NCBI GenBank assembly: GCA_963833915.1 | Contig: CAWHZO010000003.1 | Location: 43,592-107,591, forward strand | Direction of reading: 5' to 3' | Source of the DNA: an uncultured Actinomycetota bacterium | GTDB taxonomy: Bacteria; Actinomycetota; Actinomycetes; Mycobacteriales; Mycobacteriaceae | DNA length: 64,000 nt | Shown: in pieces, positions 46,809 to 55,591 of the stretch | How the letters are laid out: the number at the start of each line of letters is the position of its first letter | How positions within the stretch are numbered: the first letter of the stretch is position 1 | Made by a program: the position numbers and the translations under genes | Notes under the pieces: generated by a model | What the model was told of the DNA's origin: nothing | The model's database searches: none | Seen by the model: the letters and a program-made list of their open reading frames with translations, nothing else

Positions 46809-48104
46809 TCAACCTAATCCCGGCCACTTTCGCTGCCTGCCGAACCAAGCGCCGCCACCAGATAGGACATCGCTGTTACCCGCATGTGAACGCAGTTCAC
46901 GCACCGCGGTGCGCAGTCCGCGTCGCTTACCGGCAACCGGCTCGGTGCCGATGCTTTCGCGGAAGTCGGTCCGAGGGCGGAACTTCAATTCCGAGTTTGT
47001 TTCCGGAGCGTCGTCGGAGGTGGCCTTCAGATATTTGTCCGGCAGCGAAAGCTTGGCGATGGTCCAGAACGTTTGTCCATATTGGCGGCCCAGGGATCCC
47101 GTCGTGTAGGGCAGGTCGTACTTGTCGCAGAGCTCCCGAACGCGCACCGCGATCTCGGCGTACCGGTTGCTCGGCAGGTCGGGGAACATGTGGTGTTCGA
47201 TCTGGTAGCACAGGTTGCCGCTCATGAAGGCCATCAATTTGCCGGCATTGAAGTTCGCCGACCCGAGCATCTGCCGTAGGTACCACTCGGACTGGGTCTC
47301 GGCCTCGAACTCCTCGCGGGTGAACTTCTCTGCGCCGTCGGGAAAATGGCCGCAGAAGATGACCGCGTTGGACCAGTAGTTGCGGATCAGGTTGGCCACC
47401 ACGTTGGCCTGGAGTGTGCGCTTCCAGCCGGGGCCGGCCAGCGCGGGAAAGACGATGTAGTCCTTGCCGACCTGCTTGCCGACCTTCTTGGCGATGATGC
47501 GCAGATCTTTGCCGACCTCCGCCCAGGACTTCTCGTGCCTGCGGACGTGGGACAGTTCCAGCCCGTGTGCGGCGACACCCCACTCGAACAGGGTGGCGAG
47601 CAGCATGTTGTAAATCGGATTGCCGATCATCCACGGTGCCCAGGGCTCATCGCGGGTGACCCGCATGATGCCGTAGCCCACATCGTCATCCATCCCGACG
47701 ATGTTGGTGTACTTGTGGTGGATGTAATTGTGAGACTTCTTCCAGTGCACGCTCGGCGACGTGGTGTCCCACTCCCACTCTGTGGAATGTATTTCCGGGT
47801 CGTTCATCCAGTCCCACTGACCGTGGGTGATGTTGTGCCCGAGTTCCATGTTCTCGATGATCTTCCCGGCGCCCAGCATTGCCGTCCCGGCAACCCAGGC
47901 GTACTTGTTCCGGCTCGCCATCAACACGATCCGACTGCCGACGACCAGTGCGCGCTGCAACTGGATGGCCCGGCGGATGTAGCGGGCGTCGCGCTCACCG
48001 CGAGATTCCTCGATATCGGCTCTGATCGCGTCGAGCTCCCGCCCCAGCGCTTCGACATCCTCGGAGCTCAGGTGTGCGTACTGCTTCAGATCGGTGATTG
48101 CCAT
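46809..48104 (-). CDS. desA3: Membrane fatty acyl desaturase (DesA3/Rv3229c-like)
   Basis: Histidine boxes HNITHGQWDW, HNYIHHKYTN and QIEHHMFPD. 431 aa. Confidence 0.9.
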   Translation of the reverse strand: MAITDLKQYAHLSSEDVEALGRELDAIRADIEESRGERDARYIRRAIQLQRALVVGSRIVLMASRNKYAWVAGTAMLGAGKIIENMELGHNITHGQWDWMNDPEIHSTEWEWDTTSPSVHWKKSHNYIHHKYTNIVGMDDDVGYGIMRVTRDEPWAPWMIGNPIYNMLLATLFEWGVAAHGLELSHVRRHEKSWAEVGKDLRIIAKKVGKQVGKDYIVFPALAGPGWKRTLQANVVANLIRNYWSNAVIFCGHFPDGAEKFTREEFEAETQSEWYLRQMLGSANFNAGKLMAFMSGNLCYQIEHHMFPDLPSNRYAEIAVRVRELCDKYDLPYTTGSLGRQYGQTFWTIAKLSLPDKYLKATSDDAPETNSELKFRPRTDFRESIGTEPVAGKRRGLRTAVRELRSHAGNSDVLSGGGAWFGRQRKWPGLG

Positions 48105-48113
48105 GGCGTCTCC

Positions 48114-49244
48114 CTAGATTTTGAGCGTGCAGTCGCCAGACGCCGCCGAGATGCACGTTTGGATGCGATCGCCTTCACCGTGCTCGGTGCCGGACCGGAA
48201 GTCGCGGACGTGCCCGGATTCCAGCGGCAGCACGCAGGACTGGCAGATACCCATTCGGCATCCGAAAGGCATTTGAATGCCGGCTTTTTCACCGGCCTCC
48301 AGCAGTGAGGTGGCACCGTCTGCCTCGACGGTTTTGTCTGAGATGGCGAAGGTGACGGTGCCGCCCTCGCCGCCCTTGTCGGTGCGGGCGATGACGAAGC
48401 GCTCGGTGTGCAGATTGTCCTGCACGCCGGCATCAGTCCAGACCTTGTCAATCGAATCGAGCATGGCCGGTGGTCCGCACGCCCAAGTGGGGCGCTCTGC
48501 CCAATCCCCGACGATGCCGTCCAGGGCTGCGAAGTCCAGATGTCCGTCGTCCTGGGTCAGTTGCAGGTGCAGCCGGTAGCCAGTGTGGTCGTCATCGAGC
48601 TTCTTCAACTCGTCGTGGAATATGACGTGGTCGACGGACGGGGCGGAGTGGATGTGCACGATGTCGGGACTTTCGCCGCGCGCTTTCAGTGCGCGCAGCA
48701 TCGCCATGATGGGAGTGATGCCACTGCCTGCGGACACCAGAAGCAACTTCGCCGGCGGGGGATCCGGCAGTGCGAAATCGCCCTTGGGTGCGGCCAATCG
48801 GACGATGGTTCCGGCCTCGACGCCATTCACCAGATGCGAGGACAGGAACCCTTCGGGAGTCGCCTTGACGGTGATCGATATCAGCTTCTTGTTGCGCTGC
48901 GGAATCGAAGTGAGCGAGTAAGACCGCCAGTGCCAGCGGCCATCGACGCGCAGACCGATTCCGATATATTGCCCGGGCCGGTAGTCACCGGCGAAGCCCC
49001 AGCCGGGTTTGATCGTCACGCTGGCGGAGTCCTCGGTCTCCCGATGAACCGCCACCACCTCACCGCGCAGTTCCCTGGCAGACCACAGCGGGTTGAGCAG
49101 CTTCAGATAGTCATCAGGCAGCAGCGGTGTCGTCGCTCTCGCCACCAAGCCGCGCAACATATTCACGTTCGGGGTGGCAGCGGTGTCCACATTTCTCGCG
49201 GGCGCAACACTCCATCGCCGCACATTCCGGATCGTCGATCCCAC
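48114..49244 (-). CDS. Ferredoxin-NAD(P) reductase-type oxidoreductase with 2Fe-2S domain (Rv3230c-like desaturase partner)
   Basis: FAD-binding RSYSLTS, an NAD-binding GSGITP-type motif, and C-terminal CRMGICQSC. It lies 9 nt upstream of the desaturase on the same strand. Confidence 0.85.
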   Translation of the reverse strand: MGSTIRNVRRWSVAPARNVDTAATPNVNMLRGLVARATTPLLPDDYLKLLNPLWSARELRGEVVAVHRETEDSASVTIKPGWGFAGDYRPGQYIGIGLRVDGRWHWRSYSLTSIPQRNKKLISITVKATPEGFLSSHLVNGVEAGTIVRLAAPKGDFALPDPPPAKLLLVSAGSGITPIMAMLRALKARGESPDIVHIHSAPSVDHVIFHDELKKLDDDHTGYRLHLQLTQDDGHLDFAALDGIVGDWAERPTWACGPPAMLDSIDKVWTDAGVQDNLHTERFVIARTDKGGEGGTVTFAISDKTVEADGATSLLEAGEKAGIQMPFGCRMGICQSCVLPLESGHVRDFRSGTEHGEGDRIQTCISAASGDCTLKI

Positions 49245-49553
49245 GCGCTAACCACTCTTCCGCCCAGGCGGGTGTTACCGCGGTCACATTTCAGGCGACC
49301 ACTGAATGTCCAATCTCGACGCGGACCAAACATCAGAAGATCCAATCCGTAGTGCGTCCGCAGCAGCTGGATGGCTTCGTCCGAGCGGACCGCTCCGCGG
49401 GCTGAATTTCGGCGAGGCTAATCGGTCCGTCCAGCTTCCTGACGAATCTATGCTCACAGAAGAACACGTTCGTTAGCGACTAGTGCGCCGACCTGGTCCG
49501 CACACAAGTCGCGTCCGTATCCGAGCAGCACTCGACAGCAGAAGGTCAGAAAA

Positions 49554-50276
49554 ATGGCTGACAGCGGAAATCAGACTGACCAGACGACAGTGGATCGGTT
49601 TCCGACCGATGACGACCACCCCACTACCGATGGCCACGCAGTCCGCGTCCTGGACAAGGCTCTGCTTGGCGGTGAACCGCAGCGCGTCGGCAGATTCGAA
49701 TACCGTTACGACAGCGACGCCTGGACGTGGTCGGACACCGTCGCAAGGATGCACGGCTATGAGCCCGGCGAAATCGAACCGACCACCGAACTCATCTTGA
49801 GTCACAAGCATCCCGACGACCTGGCCCGCGTCAAGAGTCTCCTGGAACAGTCGGTGGCGCCGTTCAGCAGCCGGCACAGAATCCGCACGACCACCGGGGA
49901 GATACGCAAAGTGGTGGTCGTCGGCGATCCGGTCACCGATGCAGACGGCCGCACCGTTGGTACCCGCGGGTTCTACATCGATATCACCGAGAGCTTCAAC
50001 GCCGATCTCCAGCAGTCGATCAGCCACGAGTTGCAGGTCATCGTGTCTCACCGGGAGGTCATTGACCAGGCAAAGGGAATGCTGATGGCGATCTACCAGC
50101 TCAGCGCGGATGCCGCTTTCGCAGTCCTGCGGTGGCGGTCCCAAGAACTCAACGTCAAGCTCTCAACCGTCGCCGAAAAGCTGGTCGCCGAGTTGCCCGA
50201 CTTACTGACTGGCTACCCAGCGATGCGTGCACCTGTCGATCACTATCTGCTGACCCTCACGCCACCCAAGGTGTAA
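49554..50276 (+). CDS. PAS + ANTAR domain RNA-binding antiterminator-type regulator
   Basis: PAS-like region (WTWSDTVARMHGYEPGEI...) then ANTAR (REVIDQAKGMLMAIYQLSADAAFAVLRWRSQELNVKL). Confidence 0.85.
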   Translation: MADSGNQTDQTTVDRFPTDDDHPTTDGHAVRVLDKALLGGEPQRVGRFEYRYDSDAWTWSDTVARMHGYEPGEIEPTTELILSHKHPDDLARVKSLLEQSVAPFSSRHRIRTTTGEIRKVVVVGDPVTDADGRTVGTRGFYIDITESFNADLQQSISHELQVIVSHREVIDQAKGMLMAIYQLSADAAFAVLRWRSQELNVKLSTVAEKLVAELPDLLTGYPAMRAPVDHYLLTLTPPKV

Positions 50277-50310
50277 GCGTCACCTTGCCTAAGGCACACC
50301 TGGTCGCGCC

Positions 50311-50859
50311 TCAGCGCGGTTCGGGTGGGCTGGTCCACATCAGTTCGGTGATGTCGGTGACGCCGATCAGCAGTATCTGGTCAGTGGCGCGAACGAATAC
50401 CGAGTCGGATATCACGCTGCGGACCGGGAAGCCCCCGGCGTGCAGCCAGTCGACGACCACGGTATGGGCGGCGCGCACTGCGGTGACACAGTCGCGCGGC
50501 GGGGTCGCTGCATGTCCGGCCAGCAGCGCGGGGAGTCGTTGTCCGATCAGCGTGATGGTATCGGGGTGGCCGAGCATGGTGGCGAAAGCGGGGTTGGTGT
50601 AGACGACGACACCGTCGAGTCGGGTGGCGAGCATAGGTATCGGCAATCGATCCAGCAGTGTCAATGCGGGCAGTTCGTCGAGGGGTGCGTCCAGGGTGCT
50701 CGGTGGGGGTTGGCGACGGCGTTCGGTGCGGTGCACCTTCACGTCCACGAACCTGTGGTGGCCGTCGCCGTTGGTTTCGGCGTTGTGGGGCGTGGCGGGG
50801 TACCAGGCAGTCTGGTCGGTTCCCTGCTCAGAAAAATCGGGTGATGGTGATGTGGTCAT
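50311..50859 (-). CDS. Stand-alone PAS-like domain protein
   Basis: The C-terminal part of ORF 50311..51258 is conserved (LDRLPIPMLATRLDGVVVYTNPAFATMLGH...). ATG 50859 or 50892 avoids overlap with the upstream gene. Paralogous to 54430..54870. Confidence 0.55.
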   Translation of the reverse strand: MTTSPSPDFSEQGTDQTAWYPATPHNAETNGDGHHRFVDVKVHRTERRRQPPPSTLDAPLDELPALTLLDRLPIPMLATRLDGVVVYTNPAFATMLGHPDTITLIGQRLPALLAGHAATPPRDCVTAVRAAHTVVVDWLHAGGFPVRSVISDSVFVRATDQILLIGVTDITELMWTSPPEPR

Positions 50860-51059
50860 CGTGATCCCGGCTTGCAGACGATCACCGTGCATGTCGGGTA
50901 CGGAGCGGTGCCCCTCGAGTTCTGCGGCTAGTGGACGGCAGAACTCATTCCCGAACCAGCTGACATTCCCAGCGGTCTCGAATCTACCCGATCTGACGGC
51001 TAGCGGGGTCGCGCAATCGCAATCCCCGTCGCAATGGCTTGGGCACTCTGCCGGGCGCA

Positions 51060-51458
51060 CTAGTAATGGGAAAGGTGTTGGGTGTCTTTCCAGATTCCGT
51101 CGACGGGCATATCCAGGCGATCGGTCAGCGGTAGCCGCCATTGCGGTGTGGTGGTGGGTTCGCCCCAATAGTCGGTGACTTTGACGGCCTGACCGTTCCG
51201 GAGTTCGGCGATGCTGACGTTGCGGTAGAGGCGTCCGTCGCCATAATTGCAAGTCCATTCGACGACGACGATGTCATCGAGGTTTAGGCGTCGACCGACT
51301 TCCAGGGTGAGTTCGGGGAAATTGCCCTCGACCTGTGCGATGCGCTCAGCGCCATGCACGACCTCTCCCATTTGGGGCCATTGGCGTTCGCAGTCTGGGG
51401 CAAGAGGTACGCCGAGAATGTAGGCGAGGCGGGTGCGGCCGTCCGACGATGCGCTCAT
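51060..51458 (-). CDS. NTF2/SnoaL-like fold protein
   Basis: 132 aa with the pattern VVVEWTCNYGDGRLYRNVSIAELRNGQAVKVTDYW, typical of the SnoaL/ketosteroid-isomerase-like fold. Confidence 0.65.
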   Translation of the reverse strand: MSASSDGRTRLAYILGVPLAPDCERQWPQMGEVVHGAERIAQVEGNFPELTLEVGRRLNLDDIVVVEWTCNYGDGRLYRNVSIAELRNGQAVKVTDYWGEPTTTPQWRLPLTDRLDMPVDGIWKDTQHLSHY

Positions 51459-51478
51459 GATGGACGCTCCTTTTGCCG

Positions 51479-52450
51479 TCAGATGTCTTCGGCTTGCTGG
51501 CCTGCGAGCCCATACATTCCGTCCGCGGCTACCGGCGTGACACCGAGTTCACCGGCGACGGCGTCGATAGCTTGCTGCGTCACATTGAGGTCGGCCCTGC
51601 GGCCGGGGACGAAGTACGGTCCGACATAGCGGTCATAGTATCGTTGGGCTTCCTCACGGGTGAGTCGGTCCAGGAACCAGGCGACGTAATCGACTGCCTT
51701 GCTTGGGTTTTCGACCAGGAACCGCAGAGCGCGCTCGTTGGCGCGCACCAGGGCGCCCAGGGCGGGGCTGTCCAGCGGGATATGGGTGGGGTCCACGACG
51801 ATGCCCACGGTGGGGATCTGGAAGTGGTCACCGACCCAGGCCAGCACGTGAAACCCCTCTTCGTCGGCGACCTGTTCGGGCGAAAGGGTGCTGCCGACAT
51901 AGGCGGCGTCGATCGAGCCGTCGCGGAGGTGTCGCAGGTCCATCTGGTAGTCACCGGGGTGGCGCACCACGCATTCCAGGTCGCGGTCGGGGTCCAGGCC
52001 GTGCTTGCGCAGGACGATGCGGGCGAAAGTACCGGGAGGGTTGGAGGGGGCGTGGACGGCCAGGCGCCGCCCGCGAAGATCGGCCATGGACTTCACCTCG
52101 GCGTTGCCGAGAAACCAGAACAACGGATGATCGGTGCTGAAGCTGAGCGCGGTCCACTCGATCCCGTCGGTCAGCCGCGACACCAGGGTCCTGCCCAGAC
52201 CGATCACCGCGCCGCGGCGCAGCCGCTCCGCTGACCAGCCAACCCCGTCGCGGACGGCTACATGGACACCCTCGTCTTCGAAGTAGCCCTCTTGGTCGGC
52301 GACATGGGCGACCAGCTCCTCGTGGATGCCCCGCCCGACATAGGCGAGATCGATCGTCTCCACGGCCAACACCTCTTTCCGATCTGCTGACTTCCCCAGC
52401 GGCGGAACCTGTTTCAATCCATCGCCAGGCCGCCGTTGACCTCCACGCAA
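51479..52450 (-). CDS. NMT1/THI5-like (SsuA-type) substrate-binding-fold protein without signal peptide
   Basis: LRGRRLAVHAPSNPPGTFARIVLRKHGLDP... periplasmic-binding fold type 2. No signal or lipobox is visible. The start is uncertain (52450, or GTG 52372). Confidence 0.6.
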   Translation of the reverse strand: MRGGQRRPGDGLKQVPPLGKSADRKEVLAVETIDLAYVGRGIHEELVAHVADQEGYFEDEGVHVAVRDGVGWSAERLRRGAVIGLGRTLVSRLTDGIEWTALSFSTDHPLFWFLGNAEVKSMADLRGRRLAVHAPSNPPGTFARIVLRKHGLDPDRDLECVVRHPGDYQMDLRHLRDGSIDAAYVGSTLSPEQVADEEGFHVLAWVGDHFQIPTVGIVVDPTHIPLDSPALGALVRANERALRFLVENPSKAVDYVAWFLDRLTREEAQRYYDRYVGPYFVPGRRADLNVTQQAIDAVAGELGVTPVAADGMYGLAGQQAEDI

Positions 52451-53157
52451 TGGCCGGTGATGAAACCGGAATCCTCACCGGCCACAAACGCGATCGTGTG
52501 GGCCACCTCGTCGGGTGTAACGAGGCGCCCCATCGGGTTGGTGGCGCCGAGGTGATGCAGGTCGTCGGACGCCAGCAGCTTGTTGGCCGTGGTGTCGCCC
52601 ACCGTCGCCGGCGAAACGAGGTTGGCGGTGATGCCGTGCGGGGCCAGCTCCAGAGCGACGTAGCGGACGAACTGGTCCACTGCCGCCTTGGCCGTACCCA
52701 GGGTGATCATGCCTTGGCGGGGCCGACGCGACAATATCGTTGTCAGATAGATCAGCCGGCCGAAGCTTCTGGAAATCATCCCCGGCACAACAGCTTTGGT
52801 CACCAGGAACGCGGCATGCAGTTCGCGGTCCAGCTTGCCGCCCAGCTGCTCCCAACTCAGATCGGCGAACGAGGTGACATCGTAAGGAATCAACGCGTTG
52901 TGCACGAGCACATCGACTCGGCCCCAACGTCGTTCGGTTTCCTCGAACATCGCCTTGACGTCGTCGGGTTCGGTCACGTCGGCCCGAATCGCCACCGCCT
53001 CTGCACCGGCCGCGGTCGCGGCCCCCACCACCTCGTCGGCCTCCCCGGCACTGGACCGGTAGTTGACCACCACCCGAAAACCCTGCTGCGCGAGGAGCAA
53101 AGCCGTCGCCCCACCAATACCGCGACTGGCACCGGTGATCACCGCAACACGACTCAT
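52414..53157 (-). CDS. SDR family oxidoreductase (FabG-like)
   Basis: TGASRGIG cofactor motif, NALI, and a catalytic Y/K region (TAKAAVDQF). 247 aa. Confidence 0.85.
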   Translation of the reverse strand: MSRVAVITGASRGIGGATALLLAQQGFRVVVNYRSSAGEADEVVGAATAAGAEAVAIRADVTEPDDVKAMFEETERRWGRVDVLVHNALIPYDVTSFADLSWEQLGGKLDRELHAAFLVTKAVVPGMISRSFGRLIYLTTILSRRPRQGMITLGTAKAAVDQFVRYVALELAPHGITANLVSPATVGDTTANKLLASDDLHHLGATNPMGRLVTPDEVAHTIAFVAGEDSGFITGHCVEVNGGLAMD

Positions 53158-53180
53158 CGGCGTTGCCTCAACATTTCAGT

Positions 53181-54122
53181 TCACTTGGGCCGCGGGATGA
53201 ATCCTGGCACGCCGGTCTCGACCACCGTGTTGAATCTGATGTTCGTGGTGATACGGTCCCGAATGTCGCGCATAGCGTCTTCGGGAAGAGCCGAAATCTC
53301 ATAGTTCTCCTGAATGCGTTGAGGTTTGGTCGAGGTGGTCAGGAAAGCGCTGCCGCGCTGTGCCGCCCAGGAGAGAGCAACCTGAGCAGGCGACATGTGC
53401 GCCCGCTCTGCGATTCCTGTAATCACCGGATCTTCCAACATGCTTGGTTGCATCGAGTGCCCCAACGCGGCGAACGCCAGCAGCACAATCCCCTGCTCCC
53501 GGCAGAAGTCGAGCAGTTCCCATTCGGGTAGATACGGATGCGATTCGACCTGCACGACGGCCGGCTTGATCCGCGCCACCGCGACTAACTCGCGCAGCTT
53601 GTCCAACGAGATGTCCGATATGCCGATCGCTCCGCACGCGCCGTCGTCGACGAGGCTCTCCAGCGCCCGCCACGTCTGCACTAACGTGACCCCTTCGTCG
53701 TAGATCACGCGACCGCGCTCGTCTCGGGGATCCTGATCGTCTCCGGGCGCAAACGCATAGGGCGTATGGATCAGATAGCAATCGACGTAGTCGAGTTGCA
53801 ATCGACGGCGGCTCGCGTCGAAGGCGGGCCTGACCCGTTCTGGACGGTGATTGGTGTTCCACAACTTGGTGGTGACGAACACGTCCTCCCGCTGAACCGT
53901 CCCCGCCTCGAACGCTTCGCGCAGGGCATCACCTACCTCTTCTTCATTGCCATATCGTTCAGCGCAATCGAGATGTCGAAAACCCACTTCCAGCGCGGTC
54001 TTGGTGGCCTGCTTGGTCGCGACACGATCCGGAATCAGGGTGCCGAACCCGACGACTGGGATCGCACCCGATCCGTGGTTGAGCGCAATCCTGGAATGAC
54101 GGAGTGCTTCCGATGCGGTCAT
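53181..54122 (-). CDS. Aldo/keto reductase
   Basis: ATG 54122 (MTASEALRHSRIALNHGSGAIPVVGFGT). AKR motifs DCAERYGNE, KLWNT and VESHPYL. Confidence 0.85.
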   Translation of the reverse strand: MTASEALRHSRIALNHGSGAIPVVGFGTLIPDRVATKQATKTALEVGFRHLDCAERYGNEEEVGDALREAFEAGTVQREDVFVTTKLWNTNHRPERVRPAFDASRRRLQLDYVDCYLIHTPYAFAPGDDQDPRDERGRVIYDEGVTLVQTWRALESLVDDGACGAIGISDISLDKLRELVAVARIKPAVVQVESHPYLPEWELLDFCREQGIVLLAFAALGHSMQPSMLEDPVITGIAERAHMSPAQVALSWAAQRGSAFLTTSTKPQRIQENYEISALPEDAMRDIRDRITTNIRFNTVVETGVPGFIPRPK

Positions 54123-54429
54123 GCTGAGACCTCGCGTTTCACGTCCATGCCGTGCGCTCGCCCTTTGCTGCCGCGGTTGCATCCGTGGCAATTTGCGCAG
54201 GCTGCCGGTCGTCATCGCGCCCGTGAACGCCCCGGCCGGGGTGACGATTCTCAGATGATGTCACCCCGCGGTGCTCCAGCCCTCTCGGCTGAGAATTATT
54301 TACGTGAATATTTCTATTCGGTCGGGGCTGCTTGAGTAGCCGCCGAGACGAGGCGGTGCCGATATGGCCGATAGGAATCGACCGCAAAGCGTTCACAGAA
54401 ATTTCAAAGTCTGGGGCTGTTAGGAACAA

Positions 54430-54870
54430 GTGCACTTACTAGTGGTTCGCATGAACCATAATCAGGTCGTGGAGCGACGACGCAACGGTCATGCGGGCCA
54501 AACACCGATGGCGATCCTGAAGCAGTTGCCCGCTCGGGTCGTCCTGGAGCGGATCCCGGTTCCCGTGCTCGCCATCGCGCATGACGGCGCGCTGGTGTTT
54601 GCCAATTCAGCATTTTCGGAAATGGTCGGCCGCGCACCCGAGGATGTGCTGTCACTGACGTTCGATGAGATCTTCCACCTCCCGCCCACCACGGAATCCG
54701 CCGTCTCGATCGTGCAGGCCTTGGCCAACATGGTTGTCGAATTGGCCCACCGGGACGGCTCGAGTGTGCGCGCGCTGATGAGCCGCTCGGCGCTGATCCG
54801 TGCCGATGACGACATTGCGATCGCGACGTTCCAGGACTTGACCGAACAGCTGTGGCTCGACGAGCGCTGA
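54430..54870 (+). CDS. Stand-alone PAS-like domain protein (paralog of 50311..50859)
   Basis: LERIPVPVLAIAHDGALVFANSAFSEMVGRAPEDV...FQDLTEQLW. The start is uncertain (54430, 54451 or later ATG). Confidence 0.55.
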   Translation: MHLLVVRMNHNQVVERRRNGHAGQTPMAILKQLPARVVLERIPVPVLAIAHDGALVFANSAFSEMVGRAPEDVLSLTFDEIFHLPPTTESAVSIVQALANMVVELAHRDGSSVRALMSRSALIRADDDIAIATFQDLTEQLWLDER

Positions 54871-54877
54871 GTCCGCT

Positions 54878-55555
54878 TTAGTTGCTGGAATTTTCCGGCG
54901 GGGCGACGGCCTTGATTGCGAGAGCCGTGCGTCGCTTGACGAATTGCGTGAAGTAGTCGATTCGGTCGGGTTGCACGATCCCCCGTAGCACCGTCGACAA
55001 TGCCTTCTGGAAGTCACTCAGCAGCACCACCGGGTTGTCCAGACTGCTGGCCTGACGCAACCCCATGTAGATCGATACCAGCAGGCGTCCGATGTCTTCC
55101 GGATCGCCATGGTCGACGATGTCGCCCTCGCGGATTCCGCGTCCGGTGATCTCCCCAAGCAGTTCTATCCAGCCGTGCAACAGCCGCTCCTGCAGCTTCT
55201 CGGTTCGGCCGACAGACTCGAGCAGGTTGAATGCGGCCCGGGTGACGTCCTGAGTGATGTCGCCAATGGCTATCAGGTAAGAGACGTCGATGAGAGTTTC
55301 CAGCCCGGACAGCTTCCGGGTGAGCAAATCCTTGATCGCGGCGTCGGACCTGATGATCTGTTCGTCGACGATCGCCAGCGCCAGGGCGTGCTTGGAGCGG
55401 AAATGGAAATACATCGCGCCCTTGGTCAGCTGCGCTTCAGCCAGAATGTCGTCGAGGCCGACGGCGTAATACGGGCGCTGGGCGAACTGGTGCGCGGCGG
55501 ATCGTAGGATCTGGTCGCGAGTCGTATCGGAACGCTTGTCGCCTAACTCGCCCAT
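54878..55555 (-). CDS. TetR family transcriptional regulator
   Basis: N-terminal HTH (YYAVGLDDILAEAQLTKGAMYFHFRSKHAL). 225 aa. Confidence 0.85.
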   Translation of the reverse strand: MGELGDKRSDTTRDQILRSAAHQFAQRPYYAVGLDDILAEAQLTKGAMYFHFRSKHALALAIVDEQIIRSDAAIKDLLTRKLSGLETLIDVSYLIAIGDITQDVTRAAFNLLESVGRTEKLQERLLHGWIELLGEITGRGIREGDIVDHGDPEDIGRLLVSIYMGLRQASSLDNPVVLLSDFQKALSTVLRGIVQPDRIDYFTQFVKRRTALAIKAVAPPENSSN

Positions 55556-55591
55556 GGTCGAATCCTGCAGCTACGGAGCATCTTCGCGTCG

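Noticed and set aside
50860-51258. N-terminal 130-codon extension of the PAS protein ORF
   Set aside because: It overlaps the 3' end of the NTF2-like gene (51060..51458) on the same strand, in another frame, and is Arg/His-rich. The conserved PAS region starts well downstream.
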